Source: a virus
Direction: 5' to 3' (one strand)
DNA length: 64,000 nt
IMG/VR virus record: IMGVR_UViG_3300045972_000146
Location: 1-64,000 of that record
Part shown: piece after piece, positions 49,589 to 61,900 of the stretch
Layout: every line of letters begins with the position of its first letter
Position numbering within the stretch: the first letter of the stretch is position 1
Made by a program: the position numbers and the translations under genes
The notes under the pieces: generated by a model
What the model saw: the letters and a program-made list of their open reading frames with translations, nothing else
Databases searched by the model: none
Told to the model about the DNA's origin: nothing

Positions 49589-49945
49589 TTAATATTTTAG
49601 GAATTTCAATTTATATAAAGTTCCATTGATCAATTCTAATATATCATCACATATTTGTTGACAATAACTACAATCTAATGTTTCTCTAAATGCAGTGTAT
49701 TCCTCTGATTTGGTTGTTAAATATTTAACTGGAACTAATCCTTCTGATATTGAGAACGACTTATATCCTTTTATAATACCATATTTACCTTGATATGATT
49801 CGATAAATCTATCTCTAAGATCTACTATATCTTGGTATAATGAGTTTAATGCCATATGCACAGCAAAACTATCAGTCTGCAGGTGAGCAATATGAATGTC
49901 TGTTTCTAGTGCGAATAGACTAGATGCGAATTCTTCTACTTTCAT
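49589..49945 (-). CDS. Ferritin/Dps-like protein
   Basis: HIAHLQT.SFA.H.AL..LY....D.FIE..QG...LYKL four-helix ferritin pattern. Confidence 0.8.
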   Translation of the reverse strand: MKVEEFASSLFALETDIHIAHLQTDSFAVHMALNSLYQDIVDLRDRFIESYQGKYGIIKGYKSFSISEGLVPVKYLTTKSEEYTAFRETLDCSYCQQICDDILELINGTLYKLKFLKY

Positions 49946-49963
49946 TTTATTTTACTTTTATTA

Positions 49964-52900
49964 TTAATAACATTTTTTCAGATAGTCCTCTAAGTTGGAT
50001 AATCCAATTTCGTCAGAAACCTTCATTATGTCAGACATTGTTGTTCCTGGAGTCTTTCTCTCTATTTTAAATCTATATGTAGCCCAAAGCTCTTCAACGG
50101 TCTTCTTATTTAATCCCTGTTCTGCCCTGAACTTATTTACATCTTCAACATTCTTTGCGATTGCTTCTTGATTATCCTGATTAGTTGGTAATAAATTACT
50201 CATGTGAGTATTAGTTATTTGACTTTTCAGTGAATTTATTTCAGACTTAATTGCTTTGATTTCATCATTGGTAATCTTAATTTGATCAGCATCATCTTCT
50301 GATATGTCTTCCATTTCGTCTAATTTTTCATCAAGTTCATCCTCTAATGTTGCAATTTTATCTTGAAGTTCTGATATATTTGCTCTTTGAATATGTTCTT
50401 GAATTGGAGATGTCTGTTCTGTAGATAATTCTTCTTGAGTTTCTGACGCGGAGCTCATTGATTCTTCGCTCCAAGTAGCTTCTGTTTGAACATTAGAATC
50501 TGGCATTTGTTCTTCTTTTTTATCGAAATACCCACTATATTCACTACTATCATCCATAATAGGCTGTAAATAAGCCTCTAGACGCGTTTTAAGCTCTTCT
50601 AAGGCATTATCTGTATCAATAGATACATTTTCATCGAATATAGGTTTGACCTCGTCAGATCGCTCTAAAATGACCTTAGTATACATGTGTTCTGCTGCCT
50701 TAAATTGAGCTTCATTTGGATGTCCAAACTCAGTAACTGCATTTTCTAGAGTTTCCATACTATAGTCCCCAGTAGAGATTGCTTTTTCAATTGCATTCGC
50801 CACAGATTCCTTTAAAGTATTATCGCTAACAGACATATCGTAATCTTGTCCATAGTCAAATTTTTCTCTATTATAACCAAATATATCCGCAATTGGAACT
50901 CTAGTATTCATCATATGAGCGAATGTGCCTTCTTGATTTGTAAACTTCTTACCATCCCATCCCATACCAGAATCAAACATAGCCTTAGTGTAGTCCTGAT
51001 CTGTAATTTTATTTACCCCAGCCAATGATTGTGGAAGTATATTATCTTTTATCATCGACCTAGTAGCATTGTGCTCAACAACAGACAATGCGTCTTTTCT
51101 AGAACCTAACTTATCTATTGCAATATATAGTGGATTGTATGGAGATTTCTCTTTACCGGTTGGAACATCTCCTATCAACTTATATAATACATAGAATGGA
51201 GTTTCTTCCTGAGGGAACATCTGTATTTTCACAAACGGAGCAAAATGACTATCTCTAACGCCATCCATATCTTTTCCAAATAATGGAGTTGCAGTATCAT
51301 GTACGAATGCTAGTGGATATTCTAATCCATTTATCCTCTTAGTAGAATCTATTGATGGCATATATCTCTTATATGGCTTCCCATCATTTATTTCTATATC
51401 AGATTCAGTAGTATAATGTTCTATAGAAGGAACTAATTCATTGTCGTACCATCTATTAATAAATATGTCAGATAAATCTTTACTACTTAAAGCATCATTA
51501 TCAGTGCTTGCTAATTCAGATAATTTCTCTCTAACAAAATCATAGTAACCTAAATCGCGTCTATCATACTCAGATATCTTAACGGTATTTGAGGCATGAT
51601 TGTCACCAGTACTATAAAATTGATACAATATAAAGTCCTCTGCAAACTTCTTAATTTCTGTATTATCACTGACCAATAATGAACTAAAATGCTGTTTTAA
51701 CTTCTCAGTTAACCCAGGTTCGTTAGTATTATTATTTCTAGGTCTAATATGGTCTGGTCTTTCTGCTTCAAATGGAGAATACATTTCTGTAGACATCCCA
51801 CGTAAGAAGTAATTATCCTTAACCTCATTAGGAAATCTCTGTTGAATAGAAAATAGCCTCTTAGCTAATGTCTCTTTACCAAAGAATAATCCTGGAACAT
51901 CAACTCCTCTATCTTCTGCTAATTTATCAAAGAATGTAGATTTTAATTTAGAATCAATATACTTATTAACCTTCATTATCATATCTCTATTATCTTGAGT
52001 ATCTCTACCCATTGCCTGAAGAATGGTATTTGCTGATTTCTCAACAGATCTAGTAGTTCTAAACAATATACCCTGACTAAGGTTTTCTGCAAGTCCTGCA
52101 CTATTCTTTAATTTAGCATATATAAAAGTATTATTAAAATATTCAGGGAGGTTTGCAAATAATCCTTTAGCTTTAATCATCTCTTTTACTTTGTTAAAGA
52201 ACAGTCTCTGAGAGTTAAACGAATTACCAGCTTTTTTGGTATCCACCTGAGAGTATTTTACCAGTTCTGATAAAGCTCCTGCATATGGACTTAATTCCTT
52301 AAATGTTTCAAGTGCAACTAATTGACTATAATAGTAGTCAAAATTCTTATTCTTTCTAGACAGGCCATTAACAAGCGTATGTTCCATGAATGCATCCTCG
52401 TTATTAACTATTTGTTTGCCATTCTTATCTTTAGTATATAGTGCGTTTAATTGCCCTACATCGTGGCTATTCTTAGCTAAAGACTCTGCTTCTTTTTTGT
52501 ATATAGGAATGAGTTTTTCTATCTCTTGTTCTATAGTAGTTTTCTTTGCATTTCTAATTCCAGATAAATATTCACTACCTTTAGAGTCCATGGTTTTATA
52601 TACGTCTCTAAATACTGGCTGACTTAGGAATAGGAATGTTTTTGCACCATATCCAGATCTAAGTAATAATGCAACCATTTTGTATGTATTAGCATTAACA
52701 CCCATTCTAATAATATAAGGATCTTTTGCAACATCGACATGTGCATTTACCATTGCTGATAACCAGTCCAATATCCTAGATCCATCTTGAGCATATATTT
52801 TTCCTACATTATCTATCATAAATTTCTTAGCTACTCCCTTAGGCTTAAACCTCAATTTAGATATCTGAGACAATACATGATTTACTCCAGCCAATGCGAA

Positions 52901-55900
52901 TGTAGGGATACCTTGCTTACCACCAGAATACTCAAGTTTCTTTTTACTTTCATAAGACAATCTAGATTTACTAAATGCTTCAAATTCCTTTCCTTCCGAA
53001 TTATATTTATCGATGGTGGCTAAAGTTTCTTTTACCTGATCGGTAACAGCATCCAATGGAATTCTAGTTTCATTAGTACTATTAGGATTAGTTATTACAG
53101 CCATCATGACATCTATAAACCTATTCTGAATTGCTTTAGTAGAATTTTGTTTCCATTTATTCTCCTTAGAGTCATTCATTGTAGATTTAAATACTTCTCC
53201 AGTCTCTTTATTCTTACTATAGTTATATCTAGTAATGTATAATTTATCAATATCGAAGTCACTACCAGTTAAAGCAGTAAATTCATATGGTAATATAACT
53301 GTATCTCCCATAAATTCAGGAAGTACATCAGTAATTTTAAGTCCAGATATAGACGATAATCCCTGAGTTGGAATACGATATCCCATTGCAGATGGAGCAG
53401 AATTCTCTCCAATTATATTATTGGTCTTAAGCCAATTTACTTTTTCCTCGTGAGTCTTTAATGTAGATGGAAGTATATCTTTGAATATATTTACAGAAAC
53501 TACACAGTCCATAGATCCATCTGGATTCAGGAATCTTAATTTCTTTCCACCATTCAATTTATATGCAGCACTAGAATCGTCAGAGTGTTTAAGTCCAAAA
53601 GGAGTCATCTGAATAAACATACCACCTGGAGCCTTAATGTCTACAGTCTTTTTTAATATGCTAGATAAAATCTTAGACTCAACAAAGGCATTGTCAACCA
53701 AAGCCTGTAATGGATTTGCAGTTGGATTTTTTTCGTCAAACTCTGATAATATTTCTGACACATCACTTGGCATATTAGAATTCTCAGCCTCTTTAGCCAA
53801 GAAGTCATACATGTTCTTAGTATTGAAGTTATAGGTACCACTTTCTGGATCTAATTTTAATCCAAATTGCTTTTCTACTTCTAATTTTCCTCTATCTGAT
53901 AACTCAGACATAGCTCCGTTCCATTCCTCTATCAACTGTTGTCCAGTAGCACCTTTTTGTCCATTGATAGTGATATTTTCATATACGTCAGTAGGAACTA
54001 TATTTCCCATAGAAGCTTTCTGTACTTGAGTAGCAATTGACATTTCAGCACCTTCGTGCGGCTCTGTTGGCAACTGATGTCTCAAATAATCAAACGATTG
54101 AGGACTAGATTTTAAGTCCTTAAGATCTGACAGTGCACTTTCTGCTTTATCTATGTGTACTGATACTGGATTATCATTACCAACCTTAACTGCAGTTGAG
54201 AATGCGGCCATATCTACAGAAGATATATCATGAGATCCATCAGACCTCTTTTTGTTCATTTTATCATATAGAACTTTCAAGTCTCCAGTTGCCATGAATT
54301 TAGGAAGTAAAAACATTGCCATCTTATCTAGCTTAGGAACATTAAGTCCGTCATAGAAAGATTCTCCAAAGTAGACCATCTTTAATGGATGTAATGCCAA
54401 ATCAGCAACCTTTGCATATTTCTCTGGATCATTCATCCATGACATATCATTAGACTCCATCAAATTAAATGCTTCGTCCATGTCTTTAGTAAAATAATCT
54501 TCACCGAGTCTGGTCAGCATAGATCTATACATATATGGAGATACATATACCGTAGCATCAGTTACATTTACATTTTCATAAGCTTTAGATTGTTTGTCTA
54601 CCAATGCTTCTGCCAACGCAAATTGTTTAGGATAATCAGTTTTTAATGCGTCTAATTCTTCTTTTCTAGACTTATCAGAATATATATCATACAAATCAGA
54701 AACAACTGCCGATCCAGATTGTTGCATCAATCTATTTACCTGAGCCGCATATGATCTATCCTTTATGTCAGACAACTCAGTACTTATTACTTTGCTATCG
54801 TTTAACTCGGCTACATTAAATGAGCTTATACCATGAAGAACGTGTCCTTCTGGGAATGAGTTTCTTAATGCAGTACCGGTAGATAATACGGATGAAAGTC
54901 TTTTTGTCTTATCATCACTATTTGCGTAGTATGCTAAATCCTTAGATATCAATTTGTCTGTCTCAAATTCCGATATAACTGAATTAATTGCAGTATTAGA
55001 TAATATATTTGCAATAGTTACCATATCTGCATTTTCATCAGATATCCCAGCTGCTTTGTATATGGCTAGGTTAGCATTATATATTGCTTGGTCAATCGAT
55101 TTATTGTAATAAGAAGTACTAGTAACTATATCTCCAATTTTAACTCCTTTTGCAGGATTATCCATTGTAGCGGTATATGAATTTACATTCTTTCCTATAA
55201 GCCCAATAGATAATGCGTAATCCATTTCAGATTTAGTTGCCGATGTTATAGTAGAACTAATCATCTTAGATCTATTCTCATAGTTCTCGCTAAAGAACTT
55301 CTTGTCCAATCTATCTATAGCTTCATCCATAGCGGCATCATAACCTACCTGAGGGCCTCTTGTTGCCACTACTTTGTCGATATAGGCATTTAGATCTATT
55401 AATCCATTATACTCGTCTCCAGGGGTAGTAGAATGAACATACAGAGAGTCCATGTATCTGAATCTAAGACCATTACCATGTCCAGCAGCCCATTTGGTAC
55501 TTTTTGGACCAGCGTAGTGATAGTTCTCTATAAGTAATTTCTTATTTCCTTGAGCGTCTTTAACCTGTTGCCATGCCTGTTTGATTGCATTGAATTCGGC
55601 CTTGTAATATCCATCAAATATATCAACAGCTTCTTTTGGGTATGATATCTTATTATTAAACCATGTCATTCTCTGAGCATTAGCTGTAGTAGAGATCATA
55701 TTAGGCATTTTAACTCCAAATATAAAGCCATAAGTCTTTTTATCTGCCATTGCCGGCAATGCAATGTTACTAGATAATAAGTTTGACATTTTAATAGTAT
55801 AATCTTCTAACGGAGATATGTCGAAATAGTCACGACCTTGATCAGCAACTCCTTCTTCGTATATCTTAACAAACGTACCAAACGATATTCCTTTAAATGA

Positions 55901-58900
55901 TTTACCAGCAGCTTGTTTGAATAATATTGATCCTTGATTAATTGGAACACTTAATAAGCTTTTTAGATATTCTTTATCATCAGAAACTCTATCAATTACG
56001 TCAGTAACTGTATTTCTAGATGATATCTGGTATAACGTAGCCCCATCTGCTCCATAGGTCATTACCTCATTTGCATTTGGATGAACCTTAGCATATGCCA
56101 ATGCATATTCCTTGATAGAATTTTCTCCACCAAGTAGCACTTTTGGCGTAACATCTTTAAGTTTGACATTGCCCTTTTCTCCATTAGATTTAATGATCTG
56201 AGGAAGAATTGTAGTAAATATTTTTGCAGTAGATTTATAGTCTTTTATAATTGCACTAACTGCTTGCTGCCTTGATAATCCCTGGTATTTATTGTTTATA
56301 ATAAAGTCCATAGTCTCAGCATCAACATCTATAGCTACCTTATTCAATAGGGAAGTAAAAGCTGATAGCGCCTTATTGGAGTCCTCAACAGACATAGACT
56401 TATTTACTATTGCTGCCAGTTCATCATAATGCTGTTTTATTTGTATTGCATTTGCTTTATTGAATACACGACCTTCTTCTGTCATAGAATAAATCATTCC
56501 ATCCGATAACATATTCTGTCCCCAGAACATAGGAAGTTCTCTTTCAGCCCTATCTATATTACTTGAAATGTTTCTAATAGATTTTTCATATTCGGATCCT
56601 TCTTTAGCGCTCTTAGCATTATATACGGTATTGATGTAATCATGTCTATGACTATACATTGTATTCCAGAACTTAGTAAGAAAGTTGTCATTCATCTTAG
56701 ACAATCTTCTTTCTAGCATTATAAAGAATGGATTATTCTTGGTAGTAGCAAGATCAGCGATCTTAGCCTTCATTCCATCAACAGTATTTTCCTTATGTAG
56801 CTCATATACCATTGTATTCCATGCTAATTCAAACTCAACGAACGAAGGAAGCCCAGATAGTGGATCAGTCTTTGCCATCGGAGTATTGTTTACCATTTCA
56901 GACTCAGGTATATTCCTGATAAAAAATTTAACCTCAGCCCTAATATTATCTCTCTTAGAAATTTCATATGAAGCCTTATCATGAGACGCAGCCTCCTTGC
57001 TTACTATCTCTTCGTCAATATCAGATACTTTTTCAGTTCTCTCGGTTATGCCAGTATTCTTTACGCTTTTCTTTATCTCTGGTAAGAAGTAACTATCAAA
57101 TTTGTCATAAACTTCCTGAAATAATTTGTATTTATTTTCTTCTTCTGGATTTCCCTTATATCCTTCTGCGGTGGCTAAAATACTTGACTTTAATTTGTTA
57201 TAGTCTAGATTCTCTATGTTATCAATAGTTTCAATATCGTTTAGTCTAAACAAGTAATAAGTTAAGCTGTTTATAAGTCTATCTTTAGCTTCTACAGTCT
57301 TTAGACTAGTTAGTCCAGAGTCTCTAAATCTTTTTGCAGCACCTTCTTCGTATTTCTCACTAAATTCATATGCGCTTTTTCTATTAATGCCTTTAGTTCT
57401 TAAAACTCCAAGTTCTATGTCCCTATATAGTCTTTCTATGTCTTTATCTGTAAAATTCTTATATGCATCAAACGCATTGTAGATTCTTCTAAAAACATTA
57501 TTTATTAGACTCCCATTTTTTGTATCTACATTATTTGTCAGAAGTCTATCTCTAAATCTCTCAGCTAAAAATTCTTCTATTTCAGAGTCAGTAGCATTCT
57601 CAAATGCAATCTCATTCTTTCTGATATTATCATAAATAGACATTCTTCTTTTCCTAGAAATAAGAAGTAATGAGGCTCTGTGATATGCTTCGTGGAATTC
57701 AGTTCCTTCTTGGGCTAGGTCAAATATATCTATTGATCTTCTTTTAGTAAGACCTTGAGCAAAGTCTCCATTAGACAGAGATATTACATCAGATACTATA
57801 TTTATATCAAATTTTCCTCCAAGTTTCTTTCTAAGAAATTCTACAGCCTTATCTTCGTCTATAGTGTTTGACGGCATGTTATTAACGTCTATTAGCCTAG
57901 GAGCTCCAAAATCATCAAAGAATGATAATGGCTTAGCAGGAGCTTCTGTTTTCTCAACTATTTCATTTGCAATTTCAGCGGAAGTTTCAGTCTGATCTGA
58001 TGCTATGTCTTGAATACTGGACTCAGTTGCTATTTCGTTTAAAATATTTTCATGATTAAGCTTTGCTCCGCTTCCAACTATTCCAGCTTTTAGTGCAGTT
58101 TCATATCTTTCATTCTCTGCGTCTATTTTCTGTTGGGTAGAAGATGTATTGTATGCTCCTCCTGGTACTGAAACTATATTCTCAGATCCTTTTGCAACAG
58201 ATTTAACATCTGTCATAAACAAGAATGGAGGTTCAAAGACTCCATCTGCTAAGTCAGAAGTTATTTTATTATTCTTTACTAACCACGCAGTCCAAGTAAT
58301 ATCCATATCTTCCTTAGTAAATTCAACTCCAGGAGCAAATTTAACTGAGTTTTTGTCTGAATGATCTAAATGTGATTTCAATCCAGGAAATAAGTCAGAA
58401 ACTAAGTTATCTGAATTTGTTTCACTATTCCATAAATCGTTCTTATCTATACCCCAAGTAAGATTTTCATTTATATACCTTAATATATCAGCCTTCTGTG
58501 TATCATTTATAGTAACCAGTGGGACTTTATTTTCTCCATAGTATAGGATTCCAGAGGCAATATAGAATTGCTTTTGTTTTAAGAAGTCTTTACCGTCTTC
58601 TCCAACATGAGTTCCTTCTCCAAAGTTAACTATTCTGTGTAGCAATGCAGCAGGAGTTAAACCAAATGGAGATGTACTATTAATCGCAATTACTTCTCCT
58701 TTTTCATTTAACGATATCTGTCTAGCAGTACTACCACCTAATTCGACGGCTAGTTTGTATATTAATTCTGCAGTTCCGGAATCAAGGCCGACCTTTTTCT
58801 TATTTACTTTGATTTTTACCTCTCCAGTTGGATTGATTGGATCTGGCTTAGTAATAAATATCGATCCAGCATTTTCACTATTAGATACACCAACAGATTC

Positions 58901-61900
58901 ATATAAGGATACTACAAGATTACCACCTTTTTCCCCTCTACCATATGCCATAACAAGATTGTGAACGCCTAATTTATTAGGATCACTCTCGTCAATAAGG
59001 CCTACAACTTCATGCAATCCCCTTTGAACAGCTCTATCGTTTTTATCTCTATTTAATGCTAGTTTAGATATCCCTCTTTCGAATCCATTTACCATTCTTA
59101 ATTCAAGAGAATTATCTGCAGATACTTTAGCTTGCTCGGCTATAATTGAGTTCCTAAAATCTCTAAGCGCTTGAACTTCATCGGTAGAATATTTCTTTAT
59201 ACCATTATCTTCAGTAACAAATTCTCTTTCTCCTGGGTTTTTTATATTAAATGGAATAGTCTTCTCTATCTTGCCATCCATATACTTAACCTCAACCTTG
59301 ATATATGCATTATCCCATGTACTAGGATTGGTTATATCGAAGTTATTTGGAGCAGAATAGTCCTCTCCTGTAATAGTGTTCTTTCCACCATCTCTATTTG
59401 TGCCAGCAGGGATCGTATAGACGGCCACTGTGCCATTATGATGCCTATTGACTACTATTCTTACCTTTGCAGATTTAAATGCCTCAGGATTCATTAAAAA
59501 GGCCTTCACGTGAGGCAGTTTTATATCAGCAAATAGAGTTCTGCTTATCCTATCATGCTTAATTGACTCAGTCGCTATAATAGCTGGAGTAATATCGGCT
59601 AGTTCGTTTATTGCGGCGCTATCGTCGTCATCAAGTATATCATTAATCTCATCAGTATCTTTTATAGAGTCTATGGCCTTTTGATTAGATTCTGTATTTG
59701 ATTCGGCTGCAGTTTTCTCTGGAGATTCTTCTTCTGCCGCCTCTTCTACTAGAGTTGCTTTTTCAAGTTCTGATATCAATTTATCAGCGTCATCTGCTAT
59801 TGATTCTTCTGGCTGAATATCTGGTCTATCAAATACAAACCCATCATCCTCCATATCCTCTCCAACTAGGTCCGCATTACCAGTATATCCCCCAACAGTC
59901 TCTACTGGAGTTATTTTATGTTCTGGAATAGTCTCATGCCATGGTTTTTCTGCTTCTACAGTTTCTGCGGTCTCTCCAATTGGATCAGACGAACTTTCAT
60001 ACGTAGGAGCAACTGGCTGTATGTCAATCTTTTCTGCCTTAACCTGATCTACTGCCTCTTTCGTTCTCTCAATTTCATTTTCAGTCTTTCTTGACTCACG
60101 ATACATGTCAAGAATTTTATCAACATATATGTCGTGATCTCGCTTAGAAAGTTTATTTACTTTATCGACTGGAGAGTTCGTTAGGTTATCTTTCATCCAT
60201 GATTCATAGTTACTACTAATTGCAGCAATATGAGACAATCCTAATGGTTCAACTATTCTATTTTCTATATCCGGAATCTCTAAATCAGCTAATTCTTGTT
60301 TTACCGAAGAGAATGTAACATTGGCATCTCTCGTAGCCTCGGTTAATCCACTGGCAAATAAAGCGTCATGTAATGTTCTCGCGGCCTTCTCTCTTCTTGT
60401 ATCTAAAGATTCATTTAAGTTTTCTAATTTCCTTCTAGTAAACTCATTAGTTGCTTTTGCAGTAAAGTTTATCGCATCTAATGCTTTTACAGATGCAATT
60501 GCATCAAATATGTCTTTCTTAGATTGGTCAGATATTTGATTGTCTGGATGAGATAGGTTGTGTTTATCTAAAAAATCGTTTATTGGATGATTGGCAAATT
60601 CTTCATTCTTTATGTTTACGTAGTCACTAGCACTAATAACCCCATTAATAACTTCCTGTTTTGCAGAATTCTCATGATCCATTATCAGAGAAGTCAATAA
60701 CTTATGGTTTTCGGATCCAACTCCACCCGCTCTATTTGCATATCCAAGGACGGTCTTACTATTTGCAACTAGCATTGTTTTCTTTGCTATTGCAAGTTCT
60801 TCTTTAATGTCTTCGTGACTAATTCCTTCTGGTGGATTTTGCGCAAGTTTTTCTAAGTAATTAATAACATTAGCTTCTTTACCCTGAATTTGCTTATCTA
60901 CATATACATTAGTCTTGTTTAGTCTATCATTAGCCTGCATTTGAGTTAAGACGTTAGCCTTAACGAATGCTTTTGCTTTTTGATCTTTCTGGCTATCTTG
61001 CATTTCCTTAACTACACCAATAGAACCCATCATAGAAGTATGAATTCCGGTAGTGACTATAACGTTTTTAAAGTTATCCCATATCTTCTGTTGATACCTA
61101 GCATCATCTCCAACTCCAATTAAAGCCATGGCTGCAGAACTTGCAGACCCAGCTGTGTTTTTTAATACATCAATAAAGTTTGCACTATTTTTATTTCCAG
61201 AGCCATCCTCATATCTTTCTTGGATTAACTGTTGTGGATTTTCTTCCAAGAACGCTTCTGTAAGTCCAGCAACTACCATTTTTTTAGCAGTACGCCCAAC
61301 GAACTCAGGAGCGGCTCCAATTCTAACTTTTCCAACCTTAAAATTAGATACAGATGATCCCATCCTGCCTAATTTAGACTCGGTTATATAATCAGTAACC
61401 ATTTCAGAGGTTCTATTTACAGACCCAAATAGTGATTTATCAAATTTATTGGCATTTGCAATCTTTAATTTATTGAATGGCATAGATATATAAGCATTTT
61501 CAAGCATATCTATAGGAAGTAACCCCATATATCTTCTCAAATACTCATCCATTCCTTCATTGGCATGGTTTCTAGCTGCAGATATTTCCTTATCTACTGA
61601 TGTTTTTAGAAATCCAGACTTAATATCACTAATTAATTTACCTCTAGTTTCTTTTGAAAGTGCTCCATTCTTAGTTAATTCTGCAACTGCATTGTCATAA
61701 TTACCAACAACGCCAGATGCCATCTCGTTAGAAATGTTCTTAGTGTCTGAATTTGCAAATTGAGCTAAAGATTTATTCCTATCTACTAATCCGAGTAATT
61801 TATTATCGTCGAATTTATCCCCATCGAATACATCTAATCCTAATTTGCTATTTAAGTTTTCAGAAAATCTCTTATCGTAACTCTGTATAGCCTGGGAATA

